The notes: a model not told the origin generated them from the letters alone. Shown: positions 25,728 to 34,654, counted from the stretch's first letter. The stretch: DNA of 40,724 bases from a virus (IMGVR_UViG_2565956726_000012:1-40724), one strand, 5' to 3'. Numbers and translations: made by a program.

Positions 25728-27203
25728 TTAAGCATACGGGTCATAATCTGTGATGGCCTTGCCTTGCTGGTTCTGCTGCCCAGGAATTCGCAGACGCTTC
25801 GACACAGGGAAAGCAAACGTCAGCAGTAGCGCATCGCCTTTACCCGGCGAACGCCCAAGCCGCTCCTTGATATCTTCCTTCGGTTCGATAACGATTTTAC
25901 CGTCCACACGAACTTTGTACTCTGCCGCTGACAGGTCGTCTGCAGTTTCCTGGTCATCCAGCATGCCGCCCAGCCTCAGCCATGTCTTACATGAGTTGAA
26001 CATCTCCCCACGCTTGTTAAGCATCTGCGGGTCAGTGGACGCACCGCCGAACGGAACAAGTTGCCATGTACGTCCCCAGCCATCACCGATTGACTTCAAA
26101 CCGGTTCCGTAACCGAAGTCGATGAACACCGCGTCAGCCTGATACTGGTCTTCAAAGTCAGCGATACGCTTCGCCATAATCAGATCGTCGGTGGTCTTGT
26201 TACCAGTCCATAGCACCTTACTGTGCAGCCCCTGCCGCAGGTATATCACCGCGTCATCAACGCCTGAGTATGCCGGGTCAACGCCGATTATCACCGGAGC
26301 ATGTGCAACCTGCGCAGCGGTTACCACCCGTTTCATTGCCTCATCAGTAAGACCGGTAGGGATAAACTGCAATTCAGATGCATCAGGGAATATGCCGCGC
26401 ACACGGATTTTAACGAAGTCGCTATCTTCCCCGTAGTCATCAACCCATTTCTGCAACTGCTGTTTGTTAGTGCCTTCCACCGTCCGGCTGTCAATCTGCG
26501 CAGTTTTCCAGCGGTGTTTATATTTGCGGAAACATTCGCGGAAACGCCCGGTGTTACGTGTAGGGTTTCCGAACGCTACCCAGATAATCTCAGTGTCTTC
26601 GTCCGTAAGCGCACCCTCAGCAACTTCCCACACCAGATCCGCAATGTTCGACGCTTCATCGAATACCACGATGATGCGTTTGCGCTCGTTGTGTAGTCCG
26701 GCGAACGCCTCAGTGTTGTGCTCAGACCAGGGGATTGCGTCAGCTCGCCACCGCTTGTCGTGCCCAGGGTCATTGCTGTACATCGCGGTAGCGGTACAGG
26801 TAAACCAGTCTTTCGTGATAGCAAGGTTTGACCACTTGATAATTTCCGGCCAGGTCTTCGTTCGTAGCTGGTTGTCGGTGTTGGCGGTCACCACGACCTT
26901 ACAATCCTCGCAAGTGGACATGCCCCAGTTGATCAGCATTGAGATGAATGCGGATTTACCAATACCGTGACCAGAAGCACGTGCCAGCATAAGCGGCTGA
27001 TATCGCGTCTCTGGATTCTGCAGGTGATCACGTATCTCTCGGAACGCATCAGCCTGCCACTGACGTGGGCCGGTAGCATGTGCCAGTTCAGTCCCTTCTT
27101 CCCCCCACGGGAACGCATAGAGGGCATAGCCAAGCGGATCGTGAGTGAACCCTGCAATATCCTCGATCAACTGCTCTTCAGGAGATAACGCTGTATCTGT
27201 CAC
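25728..27203 (-). CDS. terL: Terminase large subunit
   Basis: Walker A-like ARASGHGIGKSAF; ATPase plus nuclease architecture; 4-bp overlap with small subunit. Confidence 0.9.
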   Translation of the reverse strand: MTDTALSPEEQLIEDIAGFTHDPLGYALYAFPWGEEGTELAHATGPRQWQADAFREIRDHLQNPETRYQPLMLARASGHGIGKSAFISMLINWGMSTCEDCKVVVTANTDNQLRTKTWPEIIKWSNLAITKDWFTCTATAMYSNDPGHDKRWRADAIPWSEHNTEAFAGLHNERKRIIVVFDEASNIADLVWEVAEGALTDEDTEIIWVAFGNPTRNTGRFRECFRKYKHRWKTAQIDSRTVEGTNKQQLQKWVDDYGEDSDFVKIRVRGIFPDASELQFIPTGLTDEAMKRVVTAAQVAHAPVIIGVDPAYSGVDDAVIYLRQGLHSKVLWTGNKTTDDLIMAKRIADFEDQYQADAVFIDFGYGTGLKSIGDGWGRTWQLVPFGGASTDPQMLNKRGEMFNSCKTWLRLGGMLDDQETADDLSAAEYKVRVDGKIVIEPKEDIKERLGRSPGKGDALLLTFAFPVSKRLRIPGQQNQQGKAITDYDPYA

Positions 27204-27796
27204 TGATTGCCATCCTGACGTTCTTTCAGTCTCTTCCTGGCTGCCGCTATGCGATCAGCAATTGTCACATTCACATTAACATCCAGGCGTTCTTTGAACG
27301 CGTTGACATCAACATGCTTACCAATCAGCTCAAGGTTCTTCACCTTGTCAGGCCATTTAATTTTTTTGAGGATTGTCTCTATCGAATCCTCGTTCATGTT
27401 CATGATGGTCGATGACAGATCAAAGCCGCTAAGCGTAGTGCGCCAGATTTTCGGCCACTCGCGGATTGGTTTAAGGCTCCCATCGTCGTTGAGGATGTCG
27501 ATCACGTCCATCTGGTCGATCTCCACCAGGCGCATGAGAACGTAATCAGCACTGACGCGCATTCGTTTGTTGCGCTCCTCCATCAACTCGGCAATCCGTT
27601 TTTGAATGCGTTCATCGCGCATCATGACACTGGCTTTAACTGCCGCTGTATTTGGGGAGAATCCTGCGTTAATCGCTGCCTGAGTCTGGTTTTCAGGCGT
27701 TTTGATGTATGACTGGCAATAAGCCTCCTGCATTGCTGTTAGTGGCTTAAATTGCGTTGATTTGCGTTTATAGGTTTTAGGTTCAGCAGGCATCAT
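27200..27796 (-). CDS. terS: Terminase small subunit
   Basis: Conserved LTAMQEAYCQSYIKTPENQTQAAINAGFSP region; start at ATGATG 27796/27793; track extension to 27874 crosses a terminator hairpin. Confidence 0.8.
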   Translation of the reverse strand: MMPAEPKTYKRKSTQFKPLTAMQEAYCQSYIKTPENQTQAAINAGFSPNTAAVKASVMMRDERIQKRIAELMEERNKRMRVSADYVLMRLVEIDQMDVIDILNDDGSLKPIREWPKIWRTTLSGFDLSSTIMNMNEDSIETILKKIKWPDKVKNLELIGKHVDVNAFKERLDVNVNVTIADRIAAARKRLKERQDGNQ

Positions 27797-27813
27797 AACC
27801 ACCGTGGTAATTG

Positions 27814-27828
27814 TTACCGTTGTGGTAA
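27814..27828. promoter_or_regulatory. Operator copy J (TTACCGTTGTGGTAA) in the terminase upstream region
   Basis: On the minus strand preceded by TATTAT, the same -10-abutting arrangement as other copies. Confidence 0.5.
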
Positions 27829-27840
27829 TAATACCATGCA

Positions 27841-27866
27841 AAATAAAGCCGCCATAGTTGGCGGCA
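27841..27866 (-). terminator. Rho-independent terminator just upstream of terminase genes (tR-prime-like)
   Basis: Stem GCCGCC/GGCGGC with 6-nt loop; on minus strand followed by CTTTATTT. Confidence 0.5.
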
Positions 27867-27906
27867 GTATTCAAAATCCATCAAATTCATCATGCATAAT
27901 CTACTC

Positions 27907-27918
27907 GTGACATGTCAC
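27907..27918. repeat. Palindrome GTGACATGTCAC (copy 3)
   Basis: Exact 12-bp palindrome overlapping the stop codon of the zinc-ribbon protein gene. Confidence 0.8.
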
Positions 27919-28253
27919 ACTATTAATTTCGTTTCATGCCAGCCTTTAGTCACCCAGCATTGCGAGTCACCATTACACGGGCATGAATTAACTGGAACTC
28001 TCTCGCCGCACTTACCGCAACGTTTTCTGCTGATCGATTTTATACGCCCGCGCACACGTGCATCATCCTGGCGGATCAGTAACGCTATATACTCACCAAA
28101 TTCGTAAGGCGCACGCCCGGGGCGACGCGTGGCACAGTTACGCTCCAGCATTTCAATTTCCTGAGCATCAAGCACAATTTCCAGCTTACGCACACCAGAT
28201 GCAGCTTGTCTGGCTCTCTGAGCGGCTTTGCGCTCTGCTGCTGATTTAGCCAT
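27915..28253 (-). CDS. Small protein with C-terminal zinc-ribbon (candidate late-gene regulator)
   Basis: C-terminal CGKCG...CPC...C cysteine cluster; AAGGT RBS; immediately upstream of terminator and terminase. Confidence 0.5.
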   Translation of the reverse strand: MAKSAAERKAAQRARQAASGVRKLEIVLDAQEIEMLERNCATRRPGRAPYEFGEYIALLIRQDDARVRGRIKSISRKRCGKCGERVPVNSCPCNGDSQCWVTKGWHETKLIV

Positions 28254-28288
28254 CAATATTTACCTTTATCGCGAACACCTTTACCGGT

Positions 28289-28531
28289 TTATCTCCTTTG
28301 CATGGCACGTAATTTTTTCAGATGGTTCTCCTGTTCTGTTTCAGCCAGGATCTGGTGATATTCTCTGTGATCAATGTGTTCGAATAAATTATTGAATTTT
28401 CTGATGCACACCCTTCCAGGATAGCCATCCATCCTCTTGAAGAACACTGAGTGATCAGTACTACGAATGATTTTTACTGGATAGCCAGCACTATCGGTGT
28501 ATATCTGCCCGCGTTGAATCAAAGCGAACAT
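28289..28531 (-). CDS. Hypothetical protein
   Basis: GGGGA RBS before internal ATG 28531; track ORF begins with TTG at 28567. Confidence 0.4.
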   Translation of the reverse strand: MFALIQRGQIYTDSAGYPVKIIRSTDHSVFFKRMDGYPGRVCIRKFNNLFEHIDHREYHQILAETEQENHLKKLRAMQRR

Positions 28532-28615
28532 GTGGTTATCCCCATCGACAAATCGAGTACACAACAAACGCTACTGCGAATACCATCCCCAGAGTTACGA
28601 TTGCATCAGGCCAGC

Positions 28616-29359
28616 TCATTGATTCACCTCCTGCGGCGGTTCTGGCAGCGGCATCCAGTGGGTTGCCTGCTCAATACCATTACCCGGCTTAATCGTTGCT
28701 TGTCCTCGCCGAAAGGTACTTCCGGTATAGCGTGCGGAGCATATTAGCGGCTCAACCAGATCACTATCGAAATTCACCGAAATAAGTACGTTCTGATTCT
28801 TTTTCGGCATTCGCTCACTACAGCTTATCCAACCATCCGGAGTTACCGGATAGTTGCCAGCCAGTCTACGCAAAACAGCCTTAATTGCATCAATACGGTC
28901 ATCATCAACTTTTTCTACAATATTGGAATTTAAATACTTCGAAGCCTTGCTATGCCAATCGCTGGTTTTAGGGTCTTGTCCATCCATCAAACGCCAAGCT
29001 TCAGCGATTAACTCATAGCCAGTAACAGTGGCTTCCTGCGCATCACCAATCAGTTGTGTGATCTCTCTTTCAAGCATGCTTAGAGCGTTAGGCATTGGTT
29101 TTTCTTCCGGTACTACTGGAACGGGGGGAGCGGCGTAGACCTCAATAATTCCATTATCAATAGGCCATTCTCCATCCTTGAGGTAGTCACTTGTGCCGTC
29201 AACTTGCTGTTCTGCAATGTGGAATGCACCTATTGGTTTTGCTTCCAGCGATGCCAGAGCAATTTCATAAGCACGGCGCTCAATATTGTCTCTCACATCC
29301 AGGCTACCTATGCGCTCTTTGATTTCTTTAATCAGTTCTTTGTCGGTTAAAGTGGTCAT
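28616..29359 (-). CDS. DUF551-like phage protein
   Basis: C-terminal HWMPLPEPP motif characteristic of DUF551 proteins of enterobacterial prophages (from memory). Confidence 0.6.
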   Translation of the reverse strand: MTTLTDKELIKEIKERIGSLDVRDNIERRAYEIALASLEAKPIGAFHIAEQQVDGTSDYLKDGEWPIDNGIIEVYAAPPVPVVPEEKPMPNALSMLEREITQLIGDAQEATVTGYELIAEAWRLMDGQDPKTSDWHSKASKYLNSNIVEKVDDDRIDAIKAVLRRLAGNYPVTPDGWISCSERMPKKNQNVLISVNFDSDLVEPLICSARYTGSTFRRGQATIKPGNGIEQATHWMPLPEPPQEVNQ

Positions 29360-29565
29360 TTGTTAATCCTCAAAACTTTATGCCCGGGCGCAAAAGCACG
29401 CGTTTTGTCTTTGCTTATTCGCCAGCCATCCTTGCGCGCCTCTTTTGCACAGCCAGCCCATGACGTACCTATATACTCACCGAAGTCTGGCGACTTATAT
29501 TTGCCATCTGTACACTGGAGGCAATCACAATAGAGATGCATGGTGTAACTTGCAGCGATAGCCAT
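29356..29565 (-). CDS. Hypothetical small Cys-rich protein
   Basis: AGGAG RBS 8 nt before ATG 29565; coupled to downstream gene. Confidence 0.4.
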   Translation of the reverse strand: MAIAASYTMHLYCDCLQCTDGKYKSPDFGEYIGTSWAGCAKEARKDGWRISKDKTRAFAPGHKVLRINK

Positions 29566-29566
29566 A

Positions 29567-29755
29567 TCACTCTCCTTTAGTGCGCAAGTGGTTTTTCCAG
29601 CGGTTTTGCGCCGCGCTGGGCTTTTTGCAAAAACCACAATCCATCATCCCGTAATATTTCATCAACCCCATCCGTCGGTTGCTGAGTCTCACCCACTGCC
29701 AGACGCCAGGAGCGTTTCTACGAACTAACAGAATCTTTGCTTTACGGTTTTTCAT
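29567..29755 (-). CDS. Hypothetical small basic protein
   Basis: AGGAG RBS; overlaps stop of upstream Ea22-like gene; coding status uncertain. Confidence 0.3.
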   Translation of the reverse strand: MKNRKAKILLVRRNAPGVWQWVRLSNRRMGLMKYYGMMDCGFCKKPSAAQNRWKNHLRTKGE

Positions 29756-30473
29756 CGCTTTGCTCTCCTGCATCTCCTTTGGTGCGAATTCCAGCGGCGC
29801 GTGGCACATTAACTTCCACGATGCGCACAGTTGGTTTGTACATCTCAATCGCAGTCAGCCAGTCAGCGCCAGTCATGCGCTTTTCTGCATCGCCATTAGT
29901 CCACTTAACCGGTACACCAATAGCCTTCATCGCGATTTCTATTTCCCCGGCAATGGCGCTTTTTCCGCAACCAGTAAAACCAGATACAACGACCAGAACT
30001 TCACCTTTGGCTGGTTTTATTTCCCGCGCTTCCAGTTCTGCTATGCGCTTACTTCCATCCGAGATAACACCTTCGTAATACTCGCGCTGCTCGTTGAGTT
30101 TTGATTTTGCTGCTTCAAGCTCAACGCGCAGCTTCCCAACCGTAAGCGCAATATCCTCGTTCTCCTGGTCACGGCGTTTGATGTATTGCTGGTTTCTTTC
30201 CCTTTCATCCAGTAGTGCCAGCACGGTAGCTGGATTGGCTGCGGCGATGAATTCAGCATTGGCCTGCTGTTCCATTTGGAAATCTTCATAGAAACGGCTT
30301 TCTGGATGCGCTCCTTCAATTCTGCAAATAGGAATATATCCAGCAACCTCGCGATGAATTAGTGCATCATCACCATCAAATCGTCCCTCTCCATATTCGA
30401 GCGACCACACACCACACGTTGCTTTCTCTGCCTTTTCACGCAGTGCCTGATAGTCAATTGTCATTCTCGCCAT
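29742..30473 (-). CDS. Ead/Ea22-like protein
   Basis: N-terminal MTIDYQALREKAEKAT..WS and central coiled-coil resemble the Ea22 family of lambdoid prophages. Confidence 0.65.
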   Translation of the reverse strand: MARMTIDYQALREKAEKATCGVWSLEYGEGRFDGDDALIHREVAGYIPICRIEGAHPESRFYEDFQMEQQANAEFIAAANPATVLALLDERERNQQYIKRRDQENEDIALTVGKLRVELEAAKSKLNEQREYYEGVISDGSKRIAELEAREIKPAKGEVLVVVSGFTGCGKSAIAGEIEIAMKAIGVPVKWTNGDAEKRMTGADWLTAIEMYKPTVRIVEVNVPRAAGIRTKGDAGEQSDEKP

Positions 30474-31105
30474 CCTTCACAGTTGTAATCACTACAGCCT
30501 TCAAAATCATATGGGCTGTACTGCCAGGTTATTTTTCCGCAATGCGGACAATTCCAACGCACCTTCCCGCTTCGCGACTTCTTTCTTCTGTTCTGCTCTT
30601 TCAACCAGTCAGGCATGACCAAACCTGCGCCCTGAACCATTGTTCTGCGGTTAAAGTTATTGATATTGAACGTCCGGCGCTTTGCTGCATCAGCAATGGA
30701 AAATGGCAACCAAACTATTCCTGGTTCGTTTTTGTTGGCGACGCTAAAGATGGTCGCTTTACTGAAGTCATCTGTTGGCAATCCACCGTGTTGAAGCCAG
30801 TAAACATCGTTGCCGTTCCAGCTGCCTTTTTTGTAGGCCACATACGCAGTGCAATCTGACTCAATCAGGCTTTCTGTAGGGATGTACTGGCAATCAACGT
30901 GCCACACAGCCATTGCATCCACACTATCGGCACAAACAGGCTGATCGATATCTCGCCCACAATTCCAGGCTTTTTGGGCTTCTTCCAGCGTGTAAACATG
31001 AGCGCGATCGATATCAGAACTGTAACCATTGCCGTTATGGCAATGGAATGAAGCGTTATTACCCACAGTTTCACGCAAGCACATCATGTAAAAGCGGTTA
31101 TTCAC
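30461..31105 (-). CDS. Hypothetical protein with C-terminal CPHC zinc-ribbon
   Basis: 214 aa, operon context among lambdoid accessory genes. Confidence 0.5.
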   Translation of the reverse strand: MNNRFYMMCLRETVGNNASFHCHNGNGYSSDIDRAHVYTLEEAQKAWNCGRDIDQPVCADSVDAMAVWHVDCQYIPTESLIESDCTAYVAYKKGSWNGNDVYWLQHGGLPTDDFSKATIFSVANKNEPGIVWLPFSIADAAKRRTFNINNFNRRTMVQGAGLVMPDWLKEQNRRKKSRSGKVRWNCPHCGKITWQYSPYDFEGCSDYNCEGWRE

Positions 31106-31409
31106 TGGCTGCCTCCTTTGCTGGGCTTTCTAACTTCTGAGTGGTTGTATCAAACTCAAACAACTTAACCACGTCATCAAACAGGACATAATCGCCATCA
31201 GAATCTTCAGTCATGTCAGCGCCACAATCCTGACCGAACGAGTCACAACCATCCATATCAAGCTCGTATCGCTTGAGTTTTGCGATATTTGATAAATTCA
31301 GCGCCAGTACAGCAAGGTCATAAACCTCATCAGCGGTATACCCGGCACCATGCCCATACATTTCAATACGGGATATGATTTCTTCTACACGTTGTTTTGT
31401 GATCGTCAT
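31098..31409 (-). CDS. Hypothetical acidic protein
   Basis: 103 aa, overlapping neighbours. Confidence 0.5.
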   Translation of the reverse strand: MTITKQRVEEIISRIEMYGHGAGYTADEVYDLAVLALNLSNIAKLKRYELDMDGCDSFGQDCGADMTEDSDGDYVLFDDVVKLFEFDTTTQKLESPAKEAASE

Positions 31410-31411
31410 TT

Positions 31412-31936
31412 TTACTCACCTTCCTGTTCTTCCAGAAAAATACGCATAGCCTCAAGCATCTCTTCGGTGTCATACGGTGACAACTTGTCACGCAGGATGT
31501 GTTCAATGCTGTTAATGAACTTGCGGATTGCTTTGCGTTCAATTTCAGCCAGAAAAGCATCGGTGGCTGGAGTTTCGCTGTGGTGCAGGGCATCGTTGAT
31601 AATCATTGCAGCAACTCCGGCCTGCCCTGCATCCGTGACCGACACATGCTCAAGAGTTACAGCCATTGCATGTTTCAGCCCCGCATTCTCCGCTGCCAGC
31701 GCCGAAAACTTCTCGTGTGCCAACTTAACAGCTGCATCAGCCTGCTTAATTGACTCAATCGCTTTCTGCTGGTCTTCGGCCAGCGCATTAGCACGCACCA
31801 GTTGCACTTCCAGTTGCGTTGCCAAATCGCTGATCAGCTTTGCCACACTGCGCATATCAACGGCACCACATTCTGCTTTCAGTTCCGAAGCCATCTCATG
31901 CCCGGCGGCAACTAACCCTTTGATATTACTTTCCAT
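31412..31936 (-). CDS. Hypothetical coiled-coil protein
   Basis: 174 aa, Ala-rich helical. Confidence 0.5.
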   Translation of the reverse strand: MESNIKGLVAAGHEMASELKAECGAVDMRSVAKLISDLATQLEVQLVRANALAEDQQKAIESIKQADAAVKLAHEKFSALAAENAGLKHAMAVTLEHVSVTDAGQAGVAAMIINDALHHSETPATDAFLAEIERKAIRKFINSIEHILRDKLSPYDTEEMLEAMRIFLEEQEGE

Positions 31937-31997
31937 CTTTACCCTCGCTTATCCACATAACTTATTGATAACATTGATAACTAAAAAGATCGTCGAT

Positions 31998-32342
31998 TCA
32001 GAACTCTTCGATGATCCAGCCACCACCTGCTTTCTTTGGTTTAACCGTTACCCCGATGATTCGGAACGGATACTGATCTGCGGCGACTTTGGTTTTCACC
32101 CTGGCGTCGTCGGTCCAGAAACCTTTCACTTCGTGCAGTTCCATCTCGCCGGTGGCGAGCATCACAGCAAAATCGGGCGTATAGAACGTGTTGTCAGCTA
32201 ACCGCAGCTTGATACCCTCAAATCGATACCAGACGATTTCTCCTGCACGTTTACGCAGCTCAAGGTGCTGGCAATACGCAGATTCTGTTTTGTTCATCTG
32301 ACCTGTTTTGAGTCGACCAAGAGCCTGTATCTGTTTTCTCAT
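31998..32342 (-). CDS. DUF1064-type PD-(D/E)xK nuclease (possible resolvase-like)
   Basis: Motif YTPDF ...(x)... LHEVKG consistent with a PD-(D/E)xK catalytic core. Confidence 0.55.
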   Translation of the reverse strand: MRKQIQALGRLKTGQMNKTESAYCQHLELRKRAGEIVWYRFEGIKLRLADNTFYTPDFAVMLATGEMELHEVKGFWTDDARVKTKVAADQYPFRIIGVTVKPKKAGGGWIIEEF

Positions 32343-32345
32343 GAT

Positions 32346-32429
32346 TTACCTCTGAGGTAATTAAAAACCACATAAGACACGAAATCAATAGATTTTAGAA
32401 TATTTTATTACCTAACAGGTAATTGTCGA
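32346..32429 (-). promoter_or_regulatory. Minus-strand promoter (TCGACA-16-TAAAAT) with operator copies D (32346-32360) and E (32408-32422)
   Basis: Copy E lies in the spacer, copy D in the 5-prime UTR 4 bp before ATG 32342. Confidence 0.55.
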
Positions 32430-32459
32430 GACGTAAAAAAATGCGCTATCGCGCTGGTA

Positions 32460-33260
32460 TTACTTGATAAATCCTGCCGCCTTTCCCCGCCTGTATTCCT
32501 CCATCAGCCACTGCGCCGGTGTTATTCCCCCAAGGGTGGCGGCGTTAGGCATGCACCCGAAACTTCGCCCTGGTGGATGGTAAACGTCTCTCCCTGTGTC
32601 CGGAGGCGTACTCATGGGCTCTGGCTTTGCCTGTATGCTGATCACCGGATCGGGTATCTGCTGTCCGGAAGCCACCTTTTTCGCCCAATCATCGAGCAGC
32701 CTGCGTGCGTGTTTCTCAACCTCAATCTCGCTAAGCTGGCGCTGATACATTGCACGGCGGGTATCACATACGACCCAGTACATAACCGGATGTCGCCACG
32801 GGAATCTTTCGGGACCACCAGGATATAAACTTTTTTCCTTGCTGTACCGGTGAAACTCCGCCATCACATCGTCAATGGTGACGCCAAGAACCATCTTGCT
32901 GTCTTTGCACCACTTGATAAATTGCCCTGGAGACGGCCAGAACGGAGATTCACTGGCGCGGGCGTGGCGCATACCAGCAGAAACCTGTTCACGGGTTCGG
33001 ATCCCCCCTTCGGCAAACGCAGCAATCCACTGCTGTTTTGCAGCAACTTCCTGCTCTGGCGTCTTCAGGTTGGTTACCACTGCCGCCGGAAACAGTTGTT
33101 TCAGCTGTTTAAAAAGGGCATCAACAAGCCTCTCTGCTGACATGTTCACCACATTGTCATTGTTGACGTACTGATGCTCATAACCTGACATGCGAGAAAG
33201 GGCTTCTCCGTCACGGTTTTGTATCGCGGTAAAAACGTTGTTCACAAGAAATCCTCCCAT
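32460..33260 (-). CDS. Replication protein P-like helicase loader
   Basis: Region QQWIAAFAEGGIRTREQVSAGMRHARASESPFWPSPGQFIKWCK aligns with lambda P as recalled. Confidence 0.75.
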   Translation of the reverse strand: MGGFLVNNVFTAIQNRDGEALSRMSGYEHQYVNNDNVVNMSAERLVDALFKQLKQLFPAAVVTNLKTPEQEVAAKQQWIAAFAEGGIRTREQVSAGMRHARASESPFWPSPGQFIKWCKDSKMVLGVTIDDVMAEFHRYSKEKSLYPGGPERFPWRHPVMYWVVCDTRRAMYQRQLSEIEVEKHARRLLDDWAKKVASGQQIPDPVISIQAKPEPMSTPPDTGRDVYHPPGRSFGCMPNAATLGGITPAQWLMEEYRRGKAAGFIK

Positions 33261-34057
33261 GCTTCAGGGCTGTTCCAGTGCGGAACGTTGTTATCAGGTA
33301 ATGTTGATTGCTTCTGTCTGCTAATCTGCAGCCGCCTTGCCAGCTTCTGCTCCCACTGTGCCTGATGGTATGCCTTACCCTCAGCCATCCAGTAAATTCT
33401 GAACTCTGCAAGTTCCTGTGCCGTTGGCAGACTGTCCAGGTAGATTCCCTGCAATGAGCTTTTCCGAAGAAAGTCATCTGATGGCTGCCATTGTTCATGC
33501 ATGACAAATTTACCTAATTGCCCTGGCCCACCAGGAGGAACAAAGTTATTCATCACGGCGTTGTTTGCGCCGGGGTCATGAGGAACAGAATCCCCGGTTT
33601 TTGTCCTGCTCTCCCTCTCTTGGTTAAATGACTGGTTATATGACTGGTTCTGGATCCCGTTTTTGGGATCATTCAACATCCCGTTTTTGGGATCATTCAA
33701 CATCCCGTTTTTGGGTATATTCCCGTTTTCGGTAACATTACCGTTTTCGGGTTCATTGCCCCCCTCCCGGTTGCCTTTAATGTTCCCGTTTTTGGTTATA
33801 TTAAGAGAGAAAACCCGCACTCTTTTTGTCGCTCCCTTTCTCTCTCCGGTATCTGAAATAAGCCCCATTTTCATGAGCGATATAAGCCCGGCCTGCACGG
33901 TTTTTTTATTCAGGCAAGTGTCTTTAACGAGGCGTTCTATGCTGGGGTAGCAGAGGTTATATTCATCGGCTCTGTCAGCCATCGAGAGCAGTATGAGCTT
34001 TAATGATGAGCTACCTGGATCTGTCTCCCAGGCCCAATCTGTTGCATGTCTGCTCAT
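33242..34057 (-). CDS. Replication initiator O-like protein containing the iteron origin
   Basis: N-terminal winged-helix-like region; central Asn/Gly-rich amino-acid repeats encoded by DNA iterons. Confidence 0.7.
   Translation of the reverse strand: MSRHATDWAWETDPGSSSLKLILLSMADRADEYNLCYPSIERLVKDTCLNKKTVQAGLISLMKMGLISDTGERKGATKRVRVFSLNITKNGNIKGNREGGNEPENGNVTENGNIPKNGMLNDPKNGMLNDPKNGIQNQSYNQSFNQERESRTKTGDSVPHDPGANNAVMNNFVPPGGPGQLGKFVMHEQWQPSDDFLRKSSLQGIYLDSLPTAQELAEFRIYWMAEGKAYHQAQWEQKLARRLQISRQKQSTLPDNNVPHWNSPEAWEDFL
33653..33800. repeat. Replication origin iterons (about 6 copies of TCCCGTTTTTGGGAT-like repeat)
   Basis: Two exact 24-bp tandem units CATCCCGTTTTTGGGATCATTCAA plus degenerate copies at 18-24 bp period, inside the O-like gene. 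Confidence 0.75.
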
Positions 34058-34072
34058 GATTAATCTCCGCTA

Positions 34073-34273
34073 TCAGCTTGAGTGTTGTGGGGAGGAATTA
34101 ATCATGATCTGCTTAATCTCTGCCCTGATGCGACGGTTTGATTCCATGGTGCACTCAACACAGTGTCCGTTGTAAACCCAGCGTTCACTGTCATGTCCGT
34201 GCTTACATGGTTTTCCGGTGTAGTAGCGTTTAAGTCCGCGCTTTGCGGCATCAATACGTGTAATGATTTCCAT
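34073..34273 (-). CDS. Small zinc-finger protein at the CII-equivalent position
   Basis: C-x-H-x-H...C-x2-C cluster; between Cro-like and O-like genes; start chosen at ATG 34273. Confidence 0.4.
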   Translation of the reverse strand: MEIITRIDAAKRGLKRYYTGKPCKHGHDSERWVYNGHCVECTMESNRRIRAEIKQIMINSSPQHSS

Positions 34274-34353
34274 GGTAAGCCCTGTTATTAGTATTGGGAT
34301 TACGGTCATTTTGTGCTGACACAAAAAAAAGATCAACCAGATTTGGTTATTTA

Positions 34354-34368
34354 TTACCTTTGAGGTAC
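34354..34368. promoter_or_regulatory. Operator copy F (TTACCTTTGAGGTAC)
   Basis: One mismatch in the right half-site; between tR1-like terminator and the CII-position gene. Confidence 0.45.
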
Positions 34369-34375
34369 GAATAGA

Positions 34376-34401
34376 TATGAAAAGACCGCCGGGTGGCGGT
34401 C
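34376..34401 (-). terminator. tR1-like terminator after the Cro-like gene
   Basis: Stem GACCGCC/GGCGGTC with 4-nt loop, short U-tract on minus strand. Confidence 0.45.
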
Positions 34402-34423
34402 TACAGAGGGTTGTAGCTGGATA

Positions 34424-34654
34424 TCATGAGTAGAAGAAGTATGCCAGTTCTGCTTTTGAGCGCAGCCATTGTCTTGTTTTACAGGCTTTAAAAAGCCCAT
34501 TCATCAATACTTTACCTGGCATTTTGCGCTTACCTGTTAAGTGAGTCTGGATATAGTGACTCGTCGTTCCGGCTTCCTGTGCGAAGGCTTCACGCTCATC
34601 CGGAGTAAGTGCAAGCCAGTGCTTTTTGAAATCGAAATGTCCGTTATCGCTCAT
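34424..34654 (-). CDS. Cro-like HTH regulator
   Basis: 76 aa; HTH-like LTPDEREAFAQEAGTTSHYIQTHLTG; divergent from repressor across the operator cluster. Confidence 0.55.
   Translation of the reverse strand: MSDNGHFDFKKHWLALTPDEREAFAQEAGTTSHYIQTHLTGKRKMPGKVLMNGLFKACKTRQWLRSKAELAYFFYS

Noticed and set aside
27200-27874. Terminase small subunit with 26-codon N-terminal extension
   Set aside because: Extension begins at TTG, encodes a non-conserved hydrophobic peptide and spans a terminator hairpin and operator copy J; conserved protein starts at ATG 27796.
31350-32201. 283-aa plus-strand ORF across 31350..32201
   Set aside because: Antisense to three consecutive minus-strand genes and crosses their intergenic gaps; Cys/Ser-rich low-complexity translation.
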